A DNA stretch of 64,000 bases from a virus (taxonomy: Duplodnaviria > Caudoviricetes), in the IMG/VR virus record IMGVR_UViG_3300028048_000064, positions 32,001 to 96,000 of that record. One strand, written 5' to 3'. Shown in pieces: positions 9,208 through 20,400 of this stretch (its first letter is position 1; every line of letters starts with the position of its first letter). Made by a program: the position numbers and the translations under genes. The notes beneath the pieces were generated by a model, which saw nothing but the letters and a program-made list of their open reading frames with translations, made no database searches and was not told the DNA's origin.

Positions 9208-9385
9208 TAACTATGAAAAAGATTTAAAGACGGAACTTTGGCTGTGTCATAAGAACATGAATTTGTCTATGGATGAGATACTTAACATGCCAATCAGTGA
9301 CCGAAAATTCTATATTTACATGCATAATAGGGGCATTGAAGAAGAAAAAGAAAAAATGAGGAATACTTTTAAGAGGAAGCACTAG
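9200..9385 (+). CDS. Small tail/baseplate assembly chaperone partner (gp51-like)
   Basis: Likely start ATG 9200 overlapping the upstream stop; EILNMPISDRKFY motif; sits directly before the tape measure gene. Confidence 0.55.
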   Translation: MYDNYEKDLKTELWLCHKNMNLSMDEILNMPISDRKFYIYMHNRGIEEEKEKMRNTFKRKH

Positions 9386-9402
9386 TAAAAATGTGCTTCC
9401 TT
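9374..9402 (+). terminator. Putative terminator hairpin
   Basis: AGGAAGCAC...GTGCTTCCT followed by T-rich sequence. Confidence 0.55.
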
Positions 9403-9434
9403 TATTATTTATAATTGTACAATAATGTTTTTGA

Positions 9435-12400
9435 ATGGCAGTTAATAATACATATTTTACAAAAGAAGAGGAAGAGATTGCAAGAAGTCTTGGTGTTGCT
9501 GCCGAGAACCTTTCAGATATGGTGGGGATGATTAATGAATTATCTTCACTTGAAAGTGGTATAGAAGCGTTAGATAAACAAATAAGTAATCTCGACGCTA
9601 AAATAAATGATGCTGCCACAAGTGATACAGAAAAGGCATTATATACGTTAAAAAAAGAAGAACTTGACGCACAACGTGAAAACAAAAAAGATATTTTAAC
9701 CAAAAAAATTGGCCTTTTTAACAAGACAACAGGTAAAGATTGGAACAATGCTGCAACCAAAGATGATTTAAAAGATGCTGCAAGTAAGGCTGAAGAGGCA
9801 AAGATGTCAAAAATTTTTGGCAAAAATGGGTCAAAAATCACCAAGATTAATAAAGGCATTGAGGCTGCTGCAAAGGTTTTAGATGCAATTAAGGACTATG
9901 TTAAACTTGGATATGATTTACAACTTAATCAATTAAATTATATTCAAAAGGTTAATAAGGCTGGTCTTACTGTCGCAGGTTCAAGATTAACTAAAGCAGT
10001 ATCTGGTTCATTGACCGGTATTACAAGCGGAGCAACAGAAGGTTCTTTTGCTGCCGCAGGAAATGCAATTGAATTACAAAAGGAAATTGCAGACTATGGA
10101 AGACAGCAGCGTATGGCTGAACTTCAGATGAGAAACTATGAAAAAGTTAGGATTACTGAGGCTATAACAGGTACTATTTCTGCTGCTGCTACAGGTATTG
10201 GAACTATTATCGGCGCTGCTGCCGGTGGTCCAATTGGTGCTGCTATTGGAGCAGGCATTGGTATGATTGTTGGTAAAGTTGGTGAACTTTTTACAACAGT
10301 CCTTAAAGGCGAAACACAACTTAGTGAAAAACAACTTGAAATAATTAATGAGCAAACAGAGCAAATGGACTCTACAATAAGTTCACTTGCTAAAAATACG
10401 TTAGATTTCACTAAGAATATTAATGAATTTTTCTTAAAGTCTGAAAAGGCTGCTACTGATATTGGTATTGCCTTTGGCTATAGTAGACAACAATTAGAGG
10501 ACTATAAGAGTAGTGCATACCGAACCCAAATTGTTATTTCAAAGTGGGGTAAGACATTAGAAGATTTAGCACAGATACAGAACCAATATGCCGAAACAAC
10601 TGGTAGAAACATTCAGATGTCTTCTAATGAAGCAGACACAAGTTTTGCATTAGGGAGATTCGTTGGTCAAGATATACAGTTGAATATTGCATCACAGATG
10701 GAGCTGTTTGGTAAATCCATCTCAAACAGTAATGAAACTGTGTTTGAAATGTACAAGAATGTCAATAGAATGGGGTTAAGTGGACGCAAGTTTGCAAAAG
10801 ACTTGGCACAGAACCTTAAAATGGCATCAAAATACAATTTCAAAGGTGGTGTTGAAGGGTTGATGAAAATGTCAATGTGGGCACAGAAGACACGTTTCAA
10901 CATGAATAGTCTTTCTGGTATGCTTGATGAAATACAAGGTGGTGGTATTGAAGAACTGATAACAAAATCAGCAGGTTTCCAAGTACTTGGTGGCCGTGCT
11001 GCAATGCATAGTGACCCACTTGGAATGATGTTTGATGCTTGGGCAGACCCACAGGCCTATGCTAAACGTATGCAGGATATGACAAAGGGCTTCGGTAGGT
11101 TTAATAGTAAAACCGGTGAAACCGAATTTAATATCAATGAGTCAATGCAACTTGCACAGATAGCCAAACTACAAGGCCGTTCTGTGGAAGAAGTCCGTAA
11201 TGAGATTATCGAAAGGAATAAGCGTAATAGAGTTGAAGGTATGCTTAATCCTAATGAGAAATTCTCTGAAATGGATAAAACAGCCATAGGCTCAAAGGCA
11301 CATGTTGATAAAAATGGTGAATGGGTTGTAACATTGTCTAATGGTGAGGAAAAACGTGTCAATGAATTGAACAAGGAAGACATTGGTCATCTTATGCCAG
11401 AAACGAACGATGAAAAACTTGTTGAATATGCAATGGACTCAAGGGATTACCTTAGCCAAATTGCTGCTGTTACAACACGTGGTAAAGCATCACTTGTTGT
11501 GGATAATGAAGGCAAGTTTAAAGAGCACCAAACGGAAACAATTAAGGAAGAAAAAAGGTTTTTTGATAAAACAAGAGCTGAGATAAATGAAATATTACGA
11601 ACAGAACTTGTTTTTATACAAGATACACAAAAACTGCAACATAAGATTTTCACTAATAGTTTAGAGGTTATTAAGGAAGCAAATAAAGCTATTATAAATA
11701 GAGCAACTGACATTGCAAAGCAATTAGTAACTGCTGATAGTATCATTAGAGAATATGTGAATATACTTACAATAAAAGATGAAAATGAACGTAATAAGGC
11801 ATTAGTTGACTTCAGTAAAAGAAGACTTATTACGCCTCAGGATGAAAAAACACAAAAAGAAATAGAAATGCATTCCACTGCCGCAGAAAAGGCTAAACAA
11901 AGGGGTGATGTCAAATCAGAACTAATACACAAAGCAGAAGAACAACGTGCTAAAGGAGAGTACAATAGTGCTTTTTTAACTAATATGGGGCTAACTCAGT
12001 TAACAACAAATCCAACTATGCCTGACGGTGTTGTCTACGGTTCTTCAATGATGGTTTCAGCACCTAATATTGTGCCTATACACGATGGAATAGTAAGTGG
12101 CGGTTCTACTTATAATACATCTAAAGTAACTAATAATGCAAATATTAATAGAATACACGATGGAATAGTAAGTGGTGTATCTTCATCTGAAAACCCAAAT
12201 ATTTCCATTATACATGATGGCGTTGTTGGTGGTTCTACATCTATTTCTCCAAAGATATTACCGACAAATACAAATATTACTACTATTCATGATGGTGTTG
12301 CCAATGCAAATGGTACATCATTGATGGTATCAGCACCTAAGATTGTACCTATACATGACGGTATAACGCAGTTTGCTGCTGCTGACCCGAAGGATACTGC

Positions 12401-12677
12401 ATTGTTTGCAAAGACCGGCGGTCCATTTGACACATTATTCAATGGAATATTTGACAAGATTAACTCGATGTCTGATGCTATGTCTTCCGGTATGAATTTA
12501 TCAATTAATGGCAAAATAGAACTTACAGGACAGAACGGACAATCAGTTGATATAATGAGTATGTTGCAATCAGACCCAATGTTTATACGTAAGATTACAG
12601 AGATGATTGTTTTACAGATGAACAATAATGCCAATGGTGGTAGAAATGAAATGTTCCATAACAGATTTAGTGCTTAA
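9435..12677 (+). CDS. Tape measure protein
   Basis: 1080 aa, Ala/Lys/Gln-rich helical, glycine-zipper hydrophobic segment (TGIGTIIGAAAGGPIGAAIGAGIG), located between chaperones and baseplate genes. Confidence 0.7.
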   Translation: MAVNNTYFTKEEEEIARSLGVAAENLSDMVGMINELSSLESGIEALDKQISNLDAKINDAATSDTEKALYTLKKEELDAQRENKKDILTKKIGLFNKTTGKDWNNAATKDDLKDAASKAEEAKMSKIFGKNGSKITKINKGIEAAAKVLDAIKDYVKLGYDLQLNQLNYIQKVNKAGLTVAGSRLTKAVSGSLTGITSGATEGSFAAAGNAIELQKEIADYGRQQRMAELQMRNYEKVRITEAITGTISAAATGIGTIIGAAAGGPIGAAIGAGIGMIVGKVGELFTTVLKGETQLSEKQLEIINEQTEQMDSTISSLAKNTLDFTKNINEFFLKSEKAATDIGIAFGYSRQQLEDYKSSAYRTQIVISKWGKTLEDLAQIQNQYAETTGRNIQMSSNEADTSFALGRFVGQDIQLNIASQMELFGKSISNSNETVFEMYKNVNRMGLSGRKFAKDLAQNLKMASKYNFKGGVEGLMKMSMWAQKTRFNMNSLSGMLDEIQGGGIEELITKSAGFQVLGGRAAMHSDPLGMMFDAWADPQAYAKRMQDMTKGFGRFNSKTGETEFNINESMQLAQIAKLQGRSVEEVRNEIIERNKRNRVEGMLNPNEKFSEMDKTAIGSKAHVDKNGEWVVTLSNGEEKRVNELNKEDIGHLMPETNDEKLVEYAMDSRDYLSQIAAVTTRGKASLVVDNEGKFKEHQTETIKEEKRFFDKTRAEINEILRTELVFIQDTQKLQHKIFTNSLEVIKEANKAIINRATDIAKQLVTADSIIREYVNILTIKDENERNKALVDFSKRRLITPQDEKTQKEIEMHSTAAEKAKQRGDVKSELIHKAEEQRAKGEYNSAFLTNMGLTQLTTNPTMPDGVVYGSSMMVSAPNIVPIHDGIVSGGSTYNTSKVTNNANINRIHDGIVSGVSSSENPNISIIHDGVVGGSTSISPKILPTNTNITTIHDGVANANGTSLMVSAPKIVPIHDGITQFAAADPKDTALFAKTGGPFDTLFNGIFDKINSMSDAMSSGMNLSINGKIELTGQNGQSVDIMSMLQSDPMFIRKITEMIVLQMNNNANGGRNEMFHNRFSA
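12018..12365 (+). repeat. Intragenic IHDG peptide repeats in the tape measure C-terminus
   Basis: Five IHDG plus one PDG; exact 23-nt direct repeat ATACACGATGGAATAGTAAGTGG at 12078 and 12153. Confidence 0.85.
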
Positions 12678-12750
12678 ATTTCCGTTTAAAAATGATTTTT
12701 TAAACTATATATTTATATAGGTTAAGAATTACTAACTGACATATATTCAT

Positions 12751-15700
12751 ATGATAAACAGAGATGATATAACAGCAGGTTTTAACTATGGCGTTGATAC
12801 ATTAAACAAAGTAACCAGACGTGCCGTAACTAAGACAAACGACTTCATAAACAACATTCTTGGAATGAAGATTGACGAACGTGTTGATTTTAATGACATG
12901 AATTATGAGTTTATGAAACGTTTTATGGCTGTCAATATCAATGAGCGTGATATTACGTTGTCAATTCTTGGGCAAGATGCTCATCTGTTTGGAGACCCTA
13001 ATGCTATTTCAGGGCAAGCACAGAGGCCTTCTTATACAAAGGGCATGAATTATGTCGAGGATTTTGTATCATATGTTGATGCAGAAGAACAAGAGGGTTG
13101 GAATACAACAAGGGTTGCCAAGCAAACAAATAGGTTCTATCGTGACCCTTATGAGGAACCTGTTAATTTATATCCTGATGAACTTGATAGCGGTTATGGA
13201 AAAGATTTCAAAAAGTGGAATTTAAATGACAATAAAAATTCCATCATAAATAAAACAAAGAGACTTTTCTATGAAAAGAAGATAAACACCATTATCTCAA
13301 AGTTCGGTACTGCTGTAGATGCTGGGGAAAATCTTTCACCTGGTAATGGTGATGCAAGAACAATTGAAGCCGGCATGTCACATGGACGTAACTTGCTACA
13401 GGCTGCTGCTGAGAAAGAAGGTATAACCGGTGAATATGATATAAACGGTTATAATAATCCATATTGTCGTGTTTGGACGCATCATTATCAATATGATAGA
13501 TTAGATAAACTTATCCGCCCATTTGTTATAAGAACATCAAATGGCAATACTGAGGTAAGAAGCCTTAAAGATTTACATACTTGGAAAGGCTTTGAAAATG
13601 CGAATGAAACTGCTTATAGTTGGAAGGGTAAATCCAATGACGGATGGGAAAAATCTGTATTGGATAATAACGGATTTGTTAAGATAACACCGAAATATCA
13701 AGGTGGGGGTAAAAATAATGTACACACCAAGGATTGTATGTTTTCAATTGAAAACCTTGCATGGAAAGGTTATGACCCTTATTCATTTGAACAGGCGCTT
13801 TCTTGGGAACAGCGTGGACCACTTGGCGGAAGAATAATGTGGTTTCCACCTTATGGTTTGACGTTTAATGAAACGACACAAGCAAATTGGAACTCAAATA
13901 CATTTATCGGACGTGGTGAAGACGTATATACATATGTTAATACGGTTAGAAGTGGAACATTGAGTTTCATTATGCTTACTGACCACCCATCAGTTATTGA
14001 CTATGCCAACTGGTATGATGGTCGTGGAGGTACGGATGATTTGACAGACACAGATATTTTAAGATTCTTTGCAGGATGTGACAGTGGTGATGGAAATGAC
14101 AAATATAGTCTTTTATCAAAGGTTAAACCAACACCATTGACAGATGAGTTTGTGAAACAGACACATACGAAAGAAGAAACTGCAACGCCAGATATACTTA
14201 AACCAGAGCCGCCAGTAAAACCACAACCGGAAATTAGGGAAAGTGTTAAGAAAATACAGTTTGTGGTATTTTATCCCAATAACTATTCAGGTACATATGA
14301 TTATCCAACAAATGAAAGTGGCATGGTTGATGCTATTGCATATTTGTTGGGTGGTAATGGCTGTAATAAGGAATACAATTCAGATGAAAGTGATTTTGGC
14401 TCTGATATTGAAATCAAGTTTGATAAATTTGACATCGGAAATGCAAAAGGTTATGAAATGTCAAGTAATGGCATAAGCAATAAAAATGCACAAGATAATA
14501 ATGGTGATTACATTGTTGGTTCTAAAATTACTTGGTCACAAGCCAAAAGCAAAAACATTAAGACTTATCAGCCAAATGACAATAGAAGATGGTATTATAG
14601 AATAGATGGCATTTATAAAAATGGCATTCTTAATAGTGATTTCTATCGTAATACATATGACCAAATACTTGCTGTTGAAGGAAACTATCAAGATACAAAG
14701 GGCTTCAATTTAAATCTTGATGCAGAAGCAGTTAAAAATCAAAATCTGATATTGACAGAGGATGCAGACCTTTATTCTTTGGCAGAGATTGCCTATGCAA
14801 TTGTTAAAGATAAAGATAAGTATTCTGATATACGTGACTATTTGGCAAGAAAATTGAATGTTGACTCTGGGCAACTAAGTGACCGTTTAACTGAACTTAT
14901 TAATTTATTTACAAATGGTAAGTTAACGGAGGTTGAAGCATATGGCTATTCTAACTCCCATGGTTCAAATAGAAATCAAAAGACAAATGATACACGAAAT
15001 AATGATTTGGCAACACAGAGAGCAACCACAGTTATTGATTGGTTGAAGAAAATGGATGTAATTAACAGTGATGTTAAGTATAAGACGGATTTCAAATCAA
15101 GCCAAGGTGTTACAAGTAAAAATGTTTCATCAGATGCTGCCAAAAAATATCGTTCAGCTTTGGTAACTATGTCTTTTACACTTACAGAACAAGTTAATCT
15201 GTCCGATACAACTGCTGAACCTGAGAGTGGAGCAGATGTTATCCAGAGGTATCAAGGTTATACCTTTATAGGTGTTGACACTTACTCAAAACGTCCAATG
15301 TATCAGGATGAAAATGGTATCATTTGGTATGAAGACACAAAGGGTGTTTTGAAACGTTATGAAACTGTTACTATACCGGATGCTGAAAGAAATACACTGA
15401 AATTCAGTGACATAAAAAATAGTGATGGGCGAATGCTTCTATTCTATAGTAAAAACAAAGAAGGCGACAATACTATGAATAACCTGCGTTATGACCAAGA
15501 ATACTATTTCTATAAGCATCTTGAAAAGGATAATCCTATTGTATTTAAGAAACTAACAGAAAAACTAAAGTATTTTGACCCTGCATTCCACTCTATGACC
15601 CCTGAAGGGTTTACAGAACGTCTTACATTCTTACAGCAATGTACAAGACAAGGAAATACTGTAACTGCTTCTGATAAAAATGGTAAAACAGCAAGTAACC

Positions 15701-16080
15701 TTGCATTTGGTAGACCACCATTCTGTGTCTTGAGAATAGGTGACTTCTATTATCAAACCATTGTGATTGACTCAATTAATATAGATTATAATGTTTCTGG
15801 TGGTTTGCAATGGGATTTAAATCCTGAAGGTAATGGTGTACAGCCAATGTTGGCACAAATTAACATTTCATTTAAATTTATCGGCGGCGGAGACCTTGGA
15901 GGACCGATTAGAAGATTGCAGAATGCTATGACATTCAATTATTATGCTAACAGTAGACTGCACGATAATAGAGCAGACAGAATTAAATATAATTGGGATG
16001 ATAAGACCAATGGTGCCATTGATAATAGTGTAAATAGCAGTGATAGCTATGCATATATGACAAAGATGGCAGATAAATAA
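12751..16080 (+). CDS. Baseplate/tail-tube initiator-like structural protein with inserted OmpA-like domain
   Basis: MWFPPY..F.E....W....FIGRGE..YTY.N..RSG and PPFCVLRIGDFY...I motifs flank an OmpA-like segment (VEAYGYSNS...NNDLATQRATTVIDWL). Confidence 0.55.
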   Translation: MINRDDITAGFNYGVDTLNKVTRRAVTKTNDFINNILGMKIDERVDFNDMNYEFMKRFMAVNINERDITLSILGQDAHLFGDPNAISGQAQRPSYTKGMNYVEDFVSYVDAEEQEGWNTTRVAKQTNRFYRDPYEEPVNLYPDELDSGYGKDFKKWNLNDNKNSIINKTKRLFYEKKINTIISKFGTAVDAGENLSPGNGDARTIEAGMSHGRNLLQAAAEKEGITGEYDINGYNNPYCRVWTHHYQYDRLDKLIRPFVIRTSNGNTEVRSLKDLHTWKGFENANETAYSWKGKSNDGWEKSVLDNNGFVKITPKYQGGGKNNVHTKDCMFSIENLAWKGYDPYSFEQALSWEQRGPLGGRIMWFPPYGLTFNETTQANWNSNTFIGRGEDVYTYVNTVRSGTLSFIMLTDHPSVIDYANWYDGRGGTDDLTDTDILRFFAGCDSGDGNDKYSLLSKVKPTPLTDEFVKQTHTKEETATPDILKPEPPVKPQPEIRESVKKIQFVVFYPNNYSGTYDYPTNESGMVDAIAYLLGGNGCNKEYNSDESDFGSDIEIKFDKFDIGNAKGYEMSSNGISNKNAQDNNGDYIVGSKITWSQAKSKNIKTYQPNDNRRWYYRIDGIYKNGILNSDFYRNTYDQILAVEGNYQDTKGFNLNLDAEAVKNQNLILTEDADLYSLAEIAYAIVKDKDKYSDIRDYLARKLNVDSGQLSDRLTELINLFTNGKLTEVEAYGYSNSHGSNRNQKTNDTRNNDLATQRATTVIDWLKKMDVINSDVKYKTDFKSSQGVTSKNVSSDAAKKYRSALVTMSFTLTEQVNLSDTTAEPESGADVIQRYQGYTFIGVDTYSKRPMYQDENGIIWYEDTKGVLKRYETVTIPDAERNTLKFSDIKNSDGRMLLFYSKNKEGDNTMNNLRYDQEYYFYKHLEKDNPIVFKKLTEKLKYFDPAFHSMTPEGFTERLTFLQQCTRQGNTVTASDKNGKTASNLAFGRPPFCVLRIGDFYYQTIVIDSINIDYNVSGGLQWDLNPEGNGVQPMLAQINISFKFIGGGDLGGPIRRLQNAMTFNYYANSRLHDNRADRIKYNWDDKTNGAIDNSVNSSDSYAYMTKMADK

Positions 16081-16098
16081 ATGTTTAATTGAAAGAAT

Positions 16099-16413
16099 AT
16101 GGCTTATTACGATAGATATCAGAAATTTAGAAAAGACGGTGTTATTGATATAGTACCATTTGTGAGGATTAGTGAGAATGATACAGATTTATACATAGTG
16201 TATGATAAGTCAAGAATGCGTATGGATACACTATCTTATAAATACTACGGAGACCCTGACTATGGGTGGCTTATTTTGCAAGCAAATCCACAGTTGCCAA
16301 CAATGGAATATTTCATATCAGATGGAATTAGGATAAGGATACCTTATCCTTTGTCAACTGCAATATCAAGGTATGAGCAAGCCATTGATGAATACAATGC
16401 TGAGAATAATTAA
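16099..16413 (+). CDS. LysM-like baseplate wedge protein (gp53/tail X-like)
   Basis: RMDTLSYKYYGDPDYGWLILQANP...IRIP. Confidence 0.75.
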   Translation: MAYYDRYQKFRKDGVIDIVPFVRISENDTDLYIVYDKSRMRMDTLSYKYYGDPDYGWLILQANPQLPTMEYFISDGIRIRIPYPLSTAISRYEQAIDEYNAENN

Positions 16414-16432
16414 CATCTTTTAACTAAAATAA

Positions 16433-16464
16433 TTTGGATTATTCAATATTATTTATTACCTTTG
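16433..16464 (+). promoter_or_regulatory. Bacteroidota -33/-7 promoter
   Basis: TTTG(16433)-N20-TACCTTTG(16457). Confidence 0.75.
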
Positions 16465-16505
16465 CACCACAAAAGAAAAGTAAAGTTAATAAATAATATT
16501 TTTTT

Positions 16506-17360
16506 ATGAAACAGTTTGTATTATTTTTAATCAGTTTTTTGACAGTTGCCGTTTACGGACAGAAAGTAAATAGTAATGGTGAAAAGATGGTTTCAAAGTT
16601 AGTGATGGATAAAATCACTGTTAAAGGGAAGGTGTATGAAACAAGGACATATAATTTTTCATATAACTCCAAAAACCGTTTGATGGCTATTAACTGTGAC
16701 GTAAAAGCATATTCAGGTAATAGATATGCTTATTCTCGTCGTATTATTATGGAAAATAATGGTACATCAATTAAACGTAAGGATTATTTAGACGGAAAGA
16801 TTGATAACAGAGTAACTTATAAATACAAAGTAGATAATTGGATGATTACCGGTAGTAATAGGGTACATCTCCCTGATGCGGATAATGATATTGTTGATAT
16901 ACGGACTGTTTATAAGTATCAGAATGGAAGGCTTAATGAAATATTACTTCGATGGTACGTAACTAACAAGGATGTTATTAATTGGTCGCCATTAAAGGAA
17001 AGATATCATTATAATATTGAGTATAAAGATGGTAATCCATATTCAGCAAATAGGGAAAAGCAGAGGGAGTATTTTTATGAGGATTTAGTTAATGACACCA
17101 ATATTAATCTTCATGCTTTGTTGTGGGATAAGACAGGACAGATTACTATTGATAATATTGATATGGAATATTTCACTGAATGGGTGCCGTTTAAAGCGTA
17201 TAATTTGTTAGAAAAAAGTTGCATTGGTGATGAACCTTATGATATTCATACTGATATTGACTATGATTTTGATGAGGTTGGAAATTTAAAGAATGCTTAT
17301 TTAAAAATGACAGGTTCTGATGTTATAAATAGAAAAATCACTATTATGTATCTGTATTGA
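16506..17360 (+). CDS. Secreted beta-rich protein with signal peptide (DUF4595-like), moron
   Basis: MKQFVLFLISFLTVAVYG-Q Sec signal; Tyr-rich beta hairpins (YNFSYNSKNRL, YKYQNGRL, YDFDEVGNL); ND.NINL motif. Confidence 0.6.
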   Translation: MKQFVLFLISFLTVAVYGQKVNSNGEKMVSKLVMDKITVKGKVYETRTYNFSYNSKNRLMAINCDVKAYSGNRYAYSRRIIMENNGTSIKRKDYLDGKIDNRVTYKYKVDNWMITGSNRVHLPDADNDIVDIRTVYKYQNGRLNEILLRWYVTNKDVINWSPLKERYHYNIEYKDGNPYSANREKQREYFYEDLVNDTNINLHALLWDKTGQITIDNIDMEYFTEWVPFKAYNLLEKSCIGDEPYDIHTDIDYDFDEVGNLKNAYLKMTGSDVINRKITIMYLY

Positions 17361-17425
17361 AAAATGGTATGTTAGATAGTTATATTTAGATTAGAGGTAA
17401 TATAACCATTTAACATACTTTTACG

Positions 17426-20400
17426 ATGGCAGAAACACTAAAAAACACAGTAAATCAAAACAAGCGTATATTATATGTAGAACCAAATGATGTCTATGGG
17501 AATATTAACGGTGTTCCTATGGCACCGGATTATTCTGATTATTGCATATCAGTAAATCTTATTGCAGAAGTAGTTACACGTTATCGTCAAACAGGTGGAG
17601 AGTCTGCTAAAAAAATTGTTTGCACTTTTTCTTGCAGACCTGGTGATGAAAGTGCTAAAACTTGGGTTTCTTTTCTACAAGGTGAAGATGCTAAGAAGTA
17701 TGGTGGTTCAAATGGTAATTTCCTAACTACATTCTATACGGATATTGACTATGATGATGTAGTTAAGAAAAATATTGTTGAAGGTTTTGGTATTGAAAGT
17801 GTACAAGTTTCTTTTGAAAGTTACTATACTCCAACAGTTGTTATTAAGTTTGTTGATGTAAGAGGTTCTTCTTTATTTGGAAGAGAGGAAGCAGTACATG
17901 AAAGTGGAGAAGATTTGTCTTCGTCAAGTGTTTTTGGTGTTTTCTTTACAGTGCCATATCCTAAATTTAAAATTCAGATTAAGGGATTTTACGGACGTGG
18001 CGTTACCTATCAATTAACATGTTCTGATTTTAAGGCTTCATTTAACTCACAGACAGGTAATTTCGAAGCCGTTGCTACCTTTATCGGTTATTCATATTCG
18101 TTGCTGACAGATATTCCGTTAAGATATCTGGTAGCAGCGCCTTATTGTAATTATATTGGTCGTGATTATTGGGAAAAACATTTGCACACTCCTGCATGGG
18201 CATTAAGTGACGGAAAACATCCACAAAAATTATTTGCTGTTATAGAAAAGATTAAATCTCTTCTCAATGACAAAGAAATAAAGAATAAGTTAATGTCCGA
18301 TGAAGAAACAGAACAGAAAAACAACATCAAGAATGAAAGGAGTCAACTTGCAACATTAGCAACTTCTTTAAAAGAATATATAAGCGCTTTAAGGGGATTA
18401 AATGAAACAAGCCAAAGTATATGGGTTAATGGTGATGAAGCAAATGATGAACAACTGATAATATTTGCTCACACAGATAAGGTTACTGTTGGGGATAAAG
18501 TTAGTCTTGCAAGTAAAACCTTTATTGAAGCATTTGATAATTATAATACTTCAAATAGAGGAAAAGCATTTAGTAACAACTTTTTGCCAAATTCATCCCA
18601 TTCTTCAAAGCAACCAAATGATAAGTTAGTTTTTACTAAATTATGCGATATTGTTAAGGAAAATGGTGTTATAACAAAACTTACATTTAGGTGTGAGAAG
18701 CAAAATGTTGATGGTATTAGGTCGATTGAACTTAATAATGGTATACGCATGTCTGAAACATTGGCAAAATACCTTTACAATGACAGCCACCTTGAAAATA
18801 ACGGTATTAGGGATTACTTTGGAGAATATTGTTATATCTTCAATCTTAACAAATTCCTTGGGGAGATAAATGAGAGGATTGAAAATTTAAATAAACAAGA
18901 TAAGGATATTAACAGAAAGGTTGCAGAGAAGGTACAGAAGGCTGCAAGTTTGGAATTAGGATTTACGCCTTATATCGGTGATGTATTCAAGATAATTATG
19001 TGTCATCTTGAAACATTTATTCATATGATGTGGGGCTGCTATCATAATATTGATAAAAGCAATCGTTCACCGGAATTTCTTAATTTGCCTTTGGATAAAA
19101 CTGATTTTGCCGGTCTTGATGAGAATAAAGGCCAAATAGGTGCATGGCCTGGCTTGTTTAATAACGGTAAGAAGACAAAAGATGGTGGTGATGAAGACAA
19201 ATCCATCGAGTCATTAGCTTGGGTTGGCGATTTTAGTCACAATTTTGAAGAGGAACGTTTTGTTGTATCATTATATAAGGCAATAAGGCACGTAGCAGAT
19301 GACACAAAAACTCCATCTAAGCCGCTTACTTTGGTTTCTGGCTTTCCAATTATGCCAAGTGACATAAATGATATGTCCGCCATTTTCGGAAGCAGCACAG
19401 AGAATAATATGTCAGCGTTGGCTGGTTATCTTTCATTTAGGGCAGCACAGATTTTTGGTGTGTTATTGAAAGACAAACCAACAATAGAATTGGCTAAAGC
19501 ATTTGGTAAGATGGATGCATATAACTTCTTCAGTTTTATGCAGTCAAGGAGTGAGTTGAAAAACAAATATATTGAAGCAGCATCTGGTAATTCTATGGAA
19601 AATATTCTATATGGAATATCAAAGTGCTCTGATGAGTTTAACACTTATTGTCAGAATACATTCCAAGAAACAAATAAGGCACGTCATTCATTTGAAACCG
19701 TTTATTCAATAAATAAGGAATACAATAAGAGGGAAAGGCATCCAATGTTTGTTGAAGATAGTTCCAACATGAAATATGTACATTATTACACAAAGAGTAA
19801 GGTTGGAATGGTTCCTGATATTATTGCATCATATAAAAAATATGAAGATACATTTGAATATAAAAAGGTAGGTGATGCAGAGCCTTATTTTGAGTTCAAA
19901 AAAACAAACTCAGATGATAATGCATGGAAACAAGATAACCTTTTACATAAGTCAAGCGATGCAACATTGTTTGGTAATAGCGAAGTTGTAAACTACATCA
20001 ACGATGATATGTTCAATATTGATACTAATTCATATTTGTCAGACTCTGTAAAACAGAAATATGATGAGTTGAAAAGTGGTACGTTCAAGATTTATGGCGA
20101 TGAGTTCACAGATGATTTCAAGAATGTACTTGAAAAACTATGGCATGTCGAGGATGATGACTATGGCAAATATTTCAAGGATAATGCTTATATGTTAAGT
20201 AAACCTTTGAACAGTTTAGGCATAACTGAGGGTGAATTGTATCCAATTGGTAAAGCAAAGGATGATTTGTCAAATGCACCAGTAACTGTTGATAATGAAA
20301 AATGGCTTGAGACTACTAATAGTAGCATATCTTATACTTCTACTGATGATGATGGAAAGTGGGTAGATAATGAAGGAACAGAGATGTCCGTAAGTAATCT

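Noticed and set aside
9146-9385. Programmed frameshift joining the chaperone ORFs (lambda G/GT style)
   Set aside because: It would need a +1/-2 shift, no canonical slippery heptamer is evident, and an overlapping ATG at 9200 explains the second ORF.
9224-9859. 211 aa minus-strand ORF and the many other short antisense/nested ORFs in the track
   Set aside because: They are shadows of real plus-strand genes, with S/L/F-rich composition and no promoters or motifs.
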